From positions 1 to 43,471 of the forward strand of contig JBBEBV010000027.1 in assembly GCA_040882165.1 (NCBI GenBank): a stretch of 43,471 bases of DNA, written 5' to 3'. The DNA is from Bacteroidota bacterium. Its GTDB lineage: Bacteria; Bacteroidota; Ignavibacteria; UBA10030. The translations under genes and the position numbers were made by a program. The notes beneath the pieces were generated by a model. The model had not been told where the DNA came from, searched no databases, and saw nothing but the letters and a program-made list of their open reading frames with translations. Positions 9,368 to 19,812 of this stretch are shown piece by piece (position 1 is the stretch's first letter; every line of letters starts with the position of its first letter).

Positions 9368-9739
9368 ATGCCTCAAAAAAACAGAATTCTTGTTGTCGAC
9401 GATGAAGATGCTCTCCGGACGGTTCTGAGTTCAGAGCTGGAAGGGGAGGGATACAAGGTAGCGTCGGCGGCTGACGGTTCGGAGGCAATCGAGATCCTGA
9501 AGAAGGACGAGTTCGACCTCATTCTCCTCGATATCAAAATGCCCAATGTCGACGGTTTCGAAGTGCTGAAATTTGTCAAGGAAACCCATCCCGACACCAA
9601 GGTGATCATGCTGACCGGTTTTGCCGACTTGAAGAATGCGATCGAATCGAAGAAACTCGGCGCGGAGGATTTTGTCAGCAAACCCTACGATCTTGTCGAC
9701 CTGCTTACGACTGTTGAGCGCGTTCTAAGTGGAGTCTAA
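9368..9739 (+). CDS. Stand-alone response-regulator receiver (CheY-like)
   Basis: [14 protein letters not shown]...LILLDIKMP...VIMLTG...FVSKPY. ATG 9368 is preceded by AAGGAGA, and there is no output domain. Confidence 0.88.
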   Translation: MPQKNRILVVDDEDALRTVLSSELEGEGYKVASAADGSEAIEILKKDEFDLILLDIKMPNVDGFEVLKFVKETHPDTKVIMLTGFADLKNAIESKKLGAEDFVSKPYDLVDLLTTVERVLSGV

Positions 9740-9761
9740 CCCCATCGCGCCGGGGAGCCTC

Positions 9762-11153
9762 ATGCCGAAGAAGTTCCAAATCCTCGTAGTTGACGACGAA
9801 GAATCCATCACGTTTCTCCTCAAGACCGAACTCGAAGAGCTCGGCGGATACGACGTCGACGTTGCCTTGAACGGTACCGAGGCAATCAACCTCCTCCAAT
9901 CCAAAATCTACGACATTGTTTTGCTTGACATCAAAATGCCCCGCGTCAGCGGCATCGATGTCCTGAGGTTCATCAACGAGCACGCCCCCACCACGCAAGT
10001 CATCATGCTCACCAACATCGTCGACTATAAAACCGCCATCGAGACGATGAAACTTGGCGCTTATGATTTTGTGAGCAAACCGTACGATACCGATCAGCTA
10101 CTCGCTACCATGAGCCGCGCGCTTGACCGGCGTCAACTTGTCATTGACAAAAAGGTGATGTACAACGAGCTGAACCGCATCACGGGGTCGAGCGGCATCA
10201 TCGGGGAAAGCCCGGCATTTAAAAATGTCATTGAGAATGTCAGGAAGGTGGCTGCCAGCGAGGCGTTTGTTCTGATCCAAGGCCCCAGCGGAACGGGCAA
10301 GGAGCTTGTAGCCCACCTGCTCCACAACGAAAGCCCGCATAAAGATCGCCCGTTCGTAGCAGTGAACTGCGCTTCGATTCCCGACCAGCTGCTGGAAAGC
10401 GAACTCTTCGGCCATGAAAAAGGGTCGTTTACCAATGCCTATTCCGCCAAACAGGGTTTGGTGGAAGTGGCGGATGGTGGCACGCTCTTCCTTGATGAGG
10501 TTGGGGATATCAGCCAGCCGACGCAGGCAAAGCTCCTTCGTTTTCTCGAGACGGGGGAATTCCGCCGTGTGGGGGGCACCGCTTCCATGCATGTCAGCGT
10601 ACGGGTGGTTTCAGCCACCAATAAGGACCTCCAGAAGCAGGTTCAGGAGGGGAAGTTTCGGGAGGACCTTCTGTACCGGCTGAATGTGGTCAGTATTCAG
10701 ATCCCGCCCTTGAGAGAGCGGAAAGAGGACATCCCTCTTCTCATAGCACACTTTGTTAAACGTAAATCGAAATCCAAGACAAAAACGGTAAGTCCTGAGG
10801 CCCTGGCATTGCTCATGCAATATGATTGGCCCGGTAACGTGCGTGAATTAGAACATGTGATTGAGGGGTCTTCCATCCTTTCACAAGGTGAGGTTATTGA
10901 ACCCCGCGACCTGTGGATTAACCCCGCTCTTGCACAGCAGGTTCCATCTCAGGCAGTGGCGCCATCGAACAATGGAACTCCACCGCTGGTGTCCCTGGAG
11001 GAGCTCGAGAAGATTCACATACAAAAGGTTCTTGAGCATCACAATTGGAACAGGGTGAAAACTGCAGAAATCCTCGGTATTACAACCAAAACGCTCTACC
11101 TGAAGATCAAACGGTACAAGCTTCAGGTCCCGCCGCCAGGGAATAACGCGTAA
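9762..11153 (+). CDS. Sigma-54-dependent Fis-family response regulator (NtrC-like)
   Basis: The receiver has VVDDEE, LLDIKMP and SKPY. The AAA+ core has Walker A GPSGTGKE, the sigma-54 contact loop [10 protein letters not shown] (a GAFTGA variant) and Walker B TLFLDEVG. The C-terminal Fis-type HTH is KTAEILGITTKTLYLKIKRY. ATG 9762 is preferred over GTG 9729. Confidence 0.9.
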   Translation: MPKKFQILVVDDEESITFLLKTELEELGGYDVDVALNGTEAINLLQSKIYDIVLLDIKMPRVSGIDVLRFINEHAPTTQVIMLTNIVDYKTAIETMKLGAYDFVSKPYDTDQLLATMSRALDRRQLVIDKKVMYNELNRITGSSGIIGESPAFKNVIENVRKVAASEAFVLIQGPSGTGKELVAHLLHNESPHKDRPFVAVNCASIPDQLLESELFGHEKGSFTNAYSAKQGLVEVADGGTLFLDEVGDISQPTQAKLLRFLETGEFRRVGGTASMHVSVRVVSATNKDLQKQVQEGKFREDLLYRLNVVSIQIPPLRERKEDIPLLIAHFVKRKSKSKTKTVSPEALALLMQYDWPGNVRELEHVIEGSSILSQGEVIEPRDLWINPALAQQVPSQAVAPSNNGTPPLVSLEELEKIHIQKVLEHHNWNRVKTAEILGITTKTLYLKIKRYKLQVPPPGNNA

Positions 11154-11300
11154 GCTCTTGACCGGCCGCACTCTTTACCTCTACTCCCCTCATTGTTCAT
11201 ATATGGTTTCCCTCTGATTTTTTTTTGGATCCAGTGCAACTTTTTTTGGATCGTGCCGTCTAAATGTTGGGAGCATTAAAAAAGCTACCTCCTTCTTGAT

Positions 11301-11357
11301 GAGCCAGTTATCGGTCGCCTATGGTGGGACGATTGAGAAACTGGCTCTCTTATTTTT
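11301..11357 (+). terminator. Long imperfect hairpin followed by a T-rich tail (possible terminator)
   Basis: GAGCCAGTT (11301-11309) pairs perfectly with AACTGGCTC (11339-11347). Additional inner pairing is ATCG-TC / GACGAT, and the tail is TCTTATTTTT. It lies about 150 nt after the NtrC-like stop. Confidence 0.35.
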
Positions 11358-11480
11358 CCCCCGACCGTTCCTTACCTTGACTTTCGCGGCTTAATTAACT
11401 AATTTTTGCCACATTCGACGGGCAAGAATCCCTCCTGTCGTTTATTCTAGACACATCTCATTCCCTTCGAGGAATCTTTC

Positions 11481-12650
11481 ATGTCGGCGTATCAAGGCCT
11501 GGACTATTATACCATCGATGAGGCGTTGTCCGAAGACGAACTTCTCGTCCGCAATACCGTGCACGAGTTTGTTGACGATAACGTTCTCCCTGTCATCGAA
11601 CGGCATTATGAGGCGGGTACATTTCCCATGGATTTGGTTCCCCAAATGGCAGAGATCGGGTTGTTTGGACCTACGCTCCCGGAGCGGTACGGATGCGCAG
11701 GATTGAATAATGTTGCGTATGGGCTGATGATGCAGGAGTTGGAGCGGGGGGACAGCGGTGTTCGCAGTTTTGCTTCGGTGCAGAGCGGGCTCGTGATGTA
11801 CCCGATCTTTACGTTCGGAACGGAACAGCAGAAGGATCACTGGCTTCCGGGACTTGCGCGCGGCGAGAAAATCGGATGCTTTGGATTGACGGAACCGGAC
11901 TTCGGCTCGAATCCCGGAGGGATGATCACGCGGGCTGAGCGAAGGGAGGGGGGGTATGTCCTGAATGGGGCCAAGATGTGGATCACCAATGGAACGATTG
12001 CCGACGTCGCCGTTGTGTGGGCGAAACTGGAGGGAGAGATTAAGGGATTCTTGGTCGAGAAGGGAACAAAGGGGTTTACCGCCCCGGAGATGAAGGGGAA
12101 ACATTCCCTCAGGGCGTCCGTGACCTCCGAATTGGTATTTCAGGATTGCCTGATCCCCGAAGAGAATATTCTGCCGGGTTCCGGCGGATTGAAATCGCCT
12201 TTGATGTGTCTTACCCAGGCACGATATGGTATCGCGTGGGGCGCGTTGGGATCGGCCATGGCGTGTTACGATACGGCCCTGTCCTACGCAAAATCACGTA
12301 TCCAGTTTGGAAAACCGATTGCGGCGTTCCAGATGACACAGGAAAAACTTGTCCATATGGTCACGGAAATCACAAAAGGACAGCTTCTTTGTCTTCAGCT
12401 CGGGCGACTGAAGGATCAGGGGAAGGCGAAATTCAACCAGGTATCGATGGCCAAGCGGAATAATGTCTACCACGCCCTCGAGATTGCCCGCATGGCGCGT
12501 GAGATTCTGGGCGCGAACGGAATCCTGAATGAGTACCCGGTGATGCGCCATGCGGCGAACCTGGAATCGGTGAAAACGTACGAAGGCACCCATGAAATGC
12601 ATACCCTGATCATCGGTGAAGACATCACCGGCATCGGGGCGTTCACGTAA
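11481..12650 (+). CDS. Acyl-CoA dehydrogenase, glutaryl-CoA dehydrogenase-like
   Basis: 389 aa with an ACAD fold. The pattern GCFGLTEPDFGSNPGGM...WITNG...YEGTHEMHTLIIG resembles the glutaryl-CoA dehydrogenase subfamily. Confidence 0.87.
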   Translation: MSAYQGLDYYTIDEALSEDELLVRNTVHEFVDDNVLPVIERHYEAGTFPMDLVPQMAEIGLFGPTLPERYGCAGLNNVAYGLMMQELERGDSGVRSFASVQSGLVMYPIFTFGTEQQKDHWLPGLARGEKIGCFGLTEPDFGSNPGGMITRAERREGGYVLNGAKMWITNGTIADVAVVWAKLEGEIKGFLVEKGTKGFTAPEMKGKHSLRASVTSELVFQDCLIPEENILPGSGGLKSPLMCLTQARYGIAWGALGSAMACYDTALSYAKSRIQFGKPIAAFQMTQEKLVHMVTEITKGQLLCLQLGRLKDQGKAKFNQVSMAKRNNVYHALEIARMAREILGANGILNEYPVMRHAANLESVKTYEGTHEMHTLIIGEDITGIGAFT

Positions 12651-12660
12651 CGATGTGTAA

Positions 12661-14139
<1,479 letters not shown>

Positions 14140-14169
14140 CCATCCTTCCGACGAACGAGCCACTGCGCG

Positions 14170-15255
14170 ATGCTCCAGAGGAGTCCCCAGGCACGAAGGG
14201 TTGAAGAGGTTCGACATCGGGTGGTGCGTTCCCGTCTCGACGCGTTCCTGGTTACCTCCCTTCCCCATATTCGATACCTCTCGGGTTTCTCCGGGTCACA
14301 CGCCGTGGCTGTTCTCACCAAGGATTCACTTTGGCTTCTCACGGATGGCCGCTATGCAGACCAGGTCCGGGACGAGGTGCTTTCTGCAGGAATTCTCATC
14401 GCAAAAGGGAGTTTGTGGGGTGAGATCAGCCAGTACGGACTGTTTCGCCATGAGCGACGCATCGGCGTTGAAGCGCAACATCTCTCTGTTGCTTCCATGG
14501 GGAGCCTCAAGAAACTGTTTCCGAAGAAGCGATTTGTCCTGACATCCGGGTTGATCGAGGGTGTTGCAACAGTCAAGGATGATTCCGAAATTGAGCGAAT
14601 CAAACGCGCTGTGGCAATCACCGACAAAGTTTTTAAGAAACTCCTGACCATCCTTAAGCCGGGACTGGCGGAAAAAGAGATTGCCGCGGAGATCAGCTAC
14701 TGGCACAGGAAGTACGGCGCGGATGCCGATGCGTTCGAGCCGATTGTCGCGAGCGGCCTACGAGGTGCCTTCCCGCATGCTCGTGCATCGGAGAAAATCG
14801 TTCGCAAGGGAGAACTGGTGACGCTCGATTTCGGTTGCCGGTTCGAGGGGTACCATAGCGATCTCACAAGGACGGTCGCAGTCGGCGCTCCTTCGCGCAA
14901 AGCGAGAGGCATCTATACTGCGGTGTTGCAGGCACAGGAACTGGCGATCGGGGCAGCACACGCGGGCATGTCCGGGAGAGCGCTCGATGCCCTGAGCCGA
15001 CGATCCCTGCGGCGCGGGAATCTGGCGAAGTACTTTACCCATTCCCTCGGCCATGGTCTGGGACTGCGGGTCCATGAAATTCCGCGCTTGTCCAGACTCA
15101 GTAACGACGTCCTCGTTGCGGGCAACGTCGTGACCATCGAACCGGGAGTCTATCTTCCCGGCTTCGGCGGGGTTCGTATTGAAGATGATCTGCTGATCCA
15201 CAAAGACCATGGGGAAGTGCTGAATCGGTCCCCGAAGGAATTGATCGTGGTATGA
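14170..15255 (+). CDS. M24-family Xaa-Pro aminopeptidase
   Basis: A creatinase-like N-domain is followed by pita-bread metal-ligand motifs (DFGCRFEGYHSDLTRT, HSLGHGLGL, VVTIEPG, VRIED). Confidence 0.87.
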   Translation: MLQRSPQARRVEEVRHRVVRSRLDAFLVTSLPHIRYLSGFSGSHAVAVLTKDSLWLLTDGRYADQVRDEVLSAGILIAKGSLWGEISQYGLFRHERRIGVEAQHLSVASMGSLKKLFPKKRFVLTSGLIEGVATVKDDSEIERIKRAVAITDKVFKKLLTILKPGLAEKEIAAEISYWHRKYGADADAFEPIVASGLRGAFPHARASEKIVRKGELVTLDFGCRFEGYHSDLTRTVAVGAPSRKARGIYTAVLQAQELAIGAAHAGMSGRALDALSRRSLRRGNLAKYFTHSLGHGLGLRVHEIPRLSRLSNDVLVAGNVVTIEPGVYLPGFGGVRIEDDLLIHKDHGEVLNRSPKELIVV

Positions 15256-16571
15256 CAAACGCTATGCGCAATGTGCTGGTGATCGCGTATTACTTTCCCC
15301 CCATGGGACTCAGCGGGGTTCAGCGGACGGCGAAGTTCGTCAAGTACCTTCCCAAGTATGGATGGAAGCCAACAGTGTTGACGGTCGGGAAGACCGGGTA
15401 TTATGCCATAGACGAAACATTGCTGGCCGAGGTGGAGCAGGCAGGAGCGAACATCGTCCGGGCGAGTTCCCTCGACGCAAATCGGTTATTCAAGAAACAG
15501 GGGGTCGTCAAAATGCCCTCGGAACGGATGAGGAAGTTCCTCCAGTTCTGCGGCGACTCCGTTTTCTTCCCCGACACGAAAATCGGCTGGAAATCCAGTG
15601 CCCTGAAAGTTGCATCGGACCTTCTGCAACGGGAGCCCTTCGACTTGATCTTTGCGACTGCTCCACCCCAGACCGATTTCCTCATTGCCCGGGAGTTGAA
15701 GCACCGGTTCAAACTTCCCGTTGTTCTGGACTATCGCGACGCCTGGCTTGAATATCCCTTCAAGTACTATCCGACTCCCGTCCATCGCTACGCGCATTAT
15801 CGGATGGAGAAGAGTGTGTTGAAGGCCGCCGACAAAGTTGTCGTGACCCTGAGGAGCGTCAAGGAGAGTATTTTGAAGCACTACCTGGCCCTCGACTTTC
15901 AGGATGTCGTGATTATCCCACAAGGATACGATCCGGATGATCTTGACACCGGCCGGGTTTCGCATCCCCCTCGACGGAACAAGCTTCGAATCGCCCATGC
16001 AGGGACTTTTTATGCGGAGCGCACCCCCTCCGTTCTTCTCCATGCCCTTCATAATATTTTCCAGGCATCGCCGACCCTGCGGGGAAGAATTGAGCTTACG
16101 TTGATCGGCAACATACGCGGGGAGGACCAACTTCTGGTCAACAAGCTTGGTCTTCAGAACGATGTGAACTTTACCGGATATCTCGAACACAAAGAGTGCA
16201 TAGGAAAGCTTCTGGAATCGGACCTCCTCTGGTTTGTTCTGGACAATCTGTACCAATCTCCCGGAAAGCTGTACGAATATATCGGCACCCGCAAACCGAT
16301 CCTGGCGTCGGTGGTGGAGGGGCATGTCAAGCAGTTGATCCTGGAGAGCAAGGCCGGTGTCTGTCTTCCGCTGAATGATGTCGGCGCGCATGAGCAGGCT
16401 TTACTGGACCTCTTTGCACGTTATGAGCGGAACGACCTGAAGCCGATTCCCGCCGAATTTGCACGGAGGTATAATCGCGTTCAGTTGACCGGGGAGCTGG
16501 CGAAACAATTCGAAGCCTTGATGGACATTGATAAGAATGCATTGGTGCGGAGGGAGGAACGCGTCGCATGA
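15252..16571 (+). CDS. Glycosyltransferase (GT-B fold, GT4-like)
   Basis: 439 aa. The N-terminus is VLVIAYYFPPMGLSGVQRTAKF, and the C-terminal half is typical of retaining GT4 enzymes. Both ends have ATGA-type overlaps. Confidence 0.78.
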   Translation: MTNAMRNVLVIAYYFPPMGLSGVQRTAKFVKYLPKYGWKPTVLTVGKTGYYAIDETLLAEVEQAGANIVRASSLDANRLFKKQGVVKMPSERMRKFLQFCGDSVFFPDTKIGWKSSALKVASDLLQREPFDLIFATAPPQTDFLIARELKHRFKLPVVLDYRDAWLEYPFKYYPTPVHRYAHYRMEKSVLKAADKVVVTLRSVKESILKHYLALDFQDVVIIPQGYDPDDLDTGRVSHPPRRNKLRIAHAGTFYAERTPSVLLHALHNIFQASPTLRGRIELTLIGNIRGEDQLLVNKLGLQNDVNFTGYLEHKECIGKLLESDLLWFVLDNLYQSPGKLYEYIGTRKPILASVVEGHVKQLILESKAGVCLPLNDVGAHEQALLDLFARYERNDLKPIPAEFARRYNRVQLTGELAKQFEALMDIDKNALVRREERVA

Positions 16572-17872
16572 ACGTGCTGGTGATCGGTTCAGGAGGACGG
16601 GAACATGCGCTTGTCTGGAAACTGCGCCACAGCGACCGCGTCCATAAGCTGTATTGCGCCCCCGGCAATGCAGGAATCAGCCGGCATTGTGAACTTGTTC
16701 CCCTTAAACCGACGGATCTTGATGGTCTTCTCCGATTTGCCAGGGAAAAAGAAATTGACCTGACCGTCGTCGGGCCCGAAGGACCGCTCGTGCAGGGGAT
16801 CGTCGACCTCTTTGAAACAAACGGACTCCCGATTTTCGGTCCGAGGAAAGCTGCCGCGAGGTTGGAAGGGAGCAAGGTGTACTCCAAAGATTTTATGACT
16901 CGGTACGGTATCCCCACCGCGCGGTATCAAAGCTTCACGGTGGGACAACGGTTCGAGGCGGAACGATTCATCCATGAATTGGTTCCCCCGATTGTGGTGA
17001 AGGCGGACGGACTTGCCGCGGGTAAAGGTGTACTGATCTGTGAGACCGCCGAGATTGCGATTGCAGCCCTTACCGATATCATGGTTCATCACGCGTTCGG
17101 TCCGGCAGGGGAAAGGGTGGTGATCGAGGAGTTTCTGGCGGGAGAGGAGGCGTCTGTGTTTGCCGTAACCGACGGCGAGCGCTCCATTACACTCGCGGCT
17201 GCGCAGGATCATAAACGTATTCTGGACGGGGACCTTGGCAAAAACACCGGGGGTATGGGCGCGTATGCACCTGCTCCCATCGTGACAGCGGAAATGTTTC
17301 AACGTGTTGAACAGGAAATTATCGGGCCGACCCTGAGAGGTATGAAAGCGGAAGGAACGCCCTACACCGGATGCCTCTATTGCGGCCTCATGATCACCGA
17401 AACAGGCCCCAAGGTCATCGAGTACAACTGTCGCTTCGGCGATCCGGAGACGCAGGTCGTGATCCCGCTCATCCAAGGCGACCTCGCCGACCTGTTTCTC
17501 TCCGTGGCCCGGGGAAAACTGGATCCCGCGACCGTGGGGCGGCACCCGGCCTCAGCCGTCTGCGTCGTGATGGCATCCAGAGGATATCCGGATGATTACG
17601 AGACAGGCGCTGTTGTCAGAGGGCTCGATTCATTCAAGGCTGAAGACGGCATCATGGTCTTTCATGCCGGTACAAAGAAGGAAGGGGAGGAGATCCTGAC
17701 ATCCGGTGGAAGGGTTCTCGGGGTCACCGCCATCGGATACGATCATGATCTGCAGGGAACCATCAGGAATGCCTACACGGCCGTCAGCAAAATCGCATTC
17801 GATGGGGCGTACTATCGGTCCGATATAGGCCAAAAAGCACTTAAGCGCATAACACAGGAGAAGACGCGTTGA
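16568..17872 (+). CDS. purD: Phosphoribosylamine--glycine ligase
   Basis: MNVLVIGSGGREHALVWKL is the hallmark N-terminus. The ATP-grasp core is present, and EYNCRFGDPETQ is conserved. Confidence 0.95.
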   Translation: MNVLVIGSGGREHALVWKLRHSDRVHKLYCAPGNAGISRHCELVPLKPTDLDGLLRFAREKEIDLTVVGPEGPLVQGIVDLFETNGLPIFGPRKAAARLEGSKVYSKDFMTRYGIPTARYQSFTVGQRFEAERFIHELVPPIVVKADGLAAGKGVLICETAEIAIAALTDIMVHHAFGPAGERVVIEEFLAGEEASVFAVTDGERSITLAAAQDHKRILDGDLGKNTGGMGAYAPAPIVTAEMFQRVEQEIIGPTLRGMKAEGTPYTGCLYCGLMITETGPKVIEYNCRFGDPETQVVIPLIQGDLADLFLSVARGKLDPATVGRHPASAVCVVMASRGYPDDYETGAVVRGLDSFKAEDGIMVFHAGTKKEGEEILTSGGRVLGVTAIGYDHDLQGTIRNAYTAVSKIAFDGAYYRSDIGQKALKRITQEKTR

Positions 17873-18789
17873 AGATCCTTGTAACCGGCGGAGCCGGATT
17901 TATCGGTTCCCATATCGTCGATGCGTACGTCGGAGGGGGGCACACTGTTGTGGTCGTCGACGATCTTTCCAGCGGAAGGCGGGAGAACCTTCATCCGAAG
18001 GCACTGTTTTACCAACTTGATATCCGTGACTCCGTACTTGAAAAAGTGTTCAAGGAACACGCCATCGATGTCGTGAATCACCACGCAGCGCAAATGGATG
18101 TGCGTCGCTCGGTTGCCGATCCGCAATTCGACGCGGGGGTGAATGTGATAGGCGGGCTGAACGTTTTGGAATCTGCACGGAAGCACGGAGTGGCAAAATT
18201 TATTTTTTCCTCGACCGGAGGGGCAATTTACGGGGAACAGGACTATTTTCCTGCCGACGAGGAGCATCCGACCCGGCCGCTTTCTCCCTATGGGATCTCA
18301 AAGCTCTCCACAGAGCACTATCTCTTTTTCTACAAGGAAACGTACGGCAAGCAGTACACTATCTTGCGCTATGCTAACGTCTATGGTCCGAGACAAAACC
18401 CGCATGGGGAAGCAGGGGTCGTCGCGATTTTTGCAGGCAAAATGCTCAAGGGTGAACAGCCTTTGATCAACGGCGACGGGACGCAGACTCGCGACTATAC
18501 GTACGTCGGGGATGTGGTGCGGGCAAACGTTCTTGCTCTTCAGGCAGAAGGCTCCCATACGTTTAATGTCGGGACCGGAGTGGAAACCGACGTGAACGTT
18601 CTGTTTCGAAGTCTCGCCAGAATCCTGGGCCCGTCGACGCCGGAGACCCATGGACCTGCAAAGCCGGGGGAACAGAAGCGCAGCGTCATCAGCTTCAAGA
18701 ACATCCAGCGGGCATGGGGTTGGAGTCCGACTGTGACCCTTGAGGAGGGACTGCAACTGACTGCCGAATACTTTCGGAAACAACAGTGA
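17869..18789 (+). CDS. NAD-dependent sugar epimerase/dehydratase (UDP-glucose 4-epimerase-like SDR)
   Basis: The Rossmann motif is VTGGAGFIGSH, and the catalytic YxxxK lies in SPYGISK. Confidence 0.87.
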   Translation: MKILVTGGAGFIGSHIVDAYVGGGHTVVVVDDLSSGRRENLHPKALFYQLDIRDSVLEKVFKEHAIDVVNHHAAQMDVRRSVADPQFDAGVNVIGGLNVLESARKHGVAKFIFSSTGGAIYGEQDYFPADEEHPTRPLSPYGISKLSTEHYLFFYKETYGKQYTILRYANVYGPRQNPHGEAGVVAIFAGKMLKGEQPLINGDGTQTRDYTYVGDVVRANVLALQAEGSHTFNVGTGVETDVNVLFRSLARILGPSTPETHGPAKPGEQKRSVISFKNIQRAWGWSPTVTLEEGLQLTAEYFRKQQ

Positions 18790-18798
18790 GGATGTCTG

Positions 18799-19812
18799 TT
18801 GAAGGCCGCGATCGACCATATCGTGAAGGGTTTGCATCAGGGAGAGCGTCGTGCCGTGGCACGGGCGATTTCGCTTGTGGAGAACGATGCGCCTTCCGCA
18901 GTGGAGTTGCTGAACGGAGTGTATGCCCGGACCGGGAACGCGTACCGGATTGGAATTACGGGTCCACCGGGAGCGGGTAAAAGCACGCTGACCAACAAGC
19001 TCGCGAAGCATTTTCGCGGCGAGGGTCGGACGGTGGGAATTATTGCTGTCGATCCGACGAGTCCTTTTACGGGGGGCGCTCTTCTCGGGGACCGTGTCCG
19101 TATGTCGGAAGTTGAACTTGATGCGGGAGTGTTCATACGCAGCATGGCGTCCCGGGGAAGCCTGGGTGGATTAAGCAAAAAAGCGAAAGAAGCTGCGGAC
19201 ATTCTCGACGCGGCGGGCTATGAGATCGTATTAATGGAAACGGTGGGTGTCGGCCAATCGGAGCTCGATATTGCAGCCGCTTCCGATACGACCATCGTCG
19301 TCCTCGTCCCGGAGTCGGGCGATGCGATCCAGGCCATGAAAGCCGGATTGATGGAAATCGGTGATTTCTTTGTGCTGAACAAGGCTGATCGGCCCGGTGC
19401 TGACCAAGCCGTGATGTCGATCAAGATGATTCTGGGATTTAGGCCGCATGATGCGGATCATTGGCTGCCTGATGTTGTGAAAACACAGGCAAGCGACGGA
19501 AAAGGTGTGGCGGAGGTCGCCGCCCTGATTCAACGACACCGTGAGTACCTCGCCTCGAGCGAGACCTTGGAACAGCGACGTACCGTTCGTCTCGAGCGTC
19601 GCATCCGGGAAATCATCGATGACCGGCTGCAAGTGGATTTCTGGGATGTCAATCGATCCGGCGAGCTCTCCGCTCGGCTGGCCAAGGTCTATCGGAAAGA
19701 ACTCACGCCGTACGATCTGGCCGCGATGCTTGTGGAGGATTTCAAACGCTTTCCGGCACAAACAGGAGAAACAAATCACCATGGAACAATTTCAAATAGG
19801 GGGGGAGCATGA
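18799..19812 (+). CDS. meaB: Methylmalonyl-CoA mutase-associated G3E GTPase (MeaB/ArgK family)
   Basis: P-loop GITGPPGAGKSTL, METVGVGQSE and the NKAD specificity motif are present. It uses a TTG start at 18799. Confidence 0.87.
   Translation: MKAAIDHIVKGLHQGERRAVARAISLVENDAPSAVELLNGVYARTGNAYRIGITGPPGAGKSTLTNKLAKHFRGEGRTVGIIAVDPTSPFTGGALLGDRVRMSEVELDAGVFIRSMASRGSLGGLSKKAKEAADILDAAGYEIVLMETVGVGQSELDIAAASDTTIVVLVPESGDAIQAMKAGLMEIGDFFVLNKADRPGADQAVMSIKMILGFRPHDADHWLPDVVKTQASDGKGVAEVAALIQRHREYLASSETLEQRRTVRLERRIREIIDDRLQVDFWDVNRSGELSARLAKVYRKELTPYDLAAMLVEDFKRFPAQTGETNHHGTISNRGGA

Noticed and set aside
11290-11297. ACCTCCTT resembles the 3' end of 16S rRNA (the anti-SD region).
   Set aside because: It is an isolated 8-mer with no surrounding rRNA-like sequence, so it is a coincidence.
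15486-17545. Long minus-strand ORFs 15486..16391 (301 aa), 16327..16917 and 16589..17545 (318 aa).
   Set aside because: They lie antisense to the glycosyltransferase and purD genes, which have clear family motifs. These ORFs have none.
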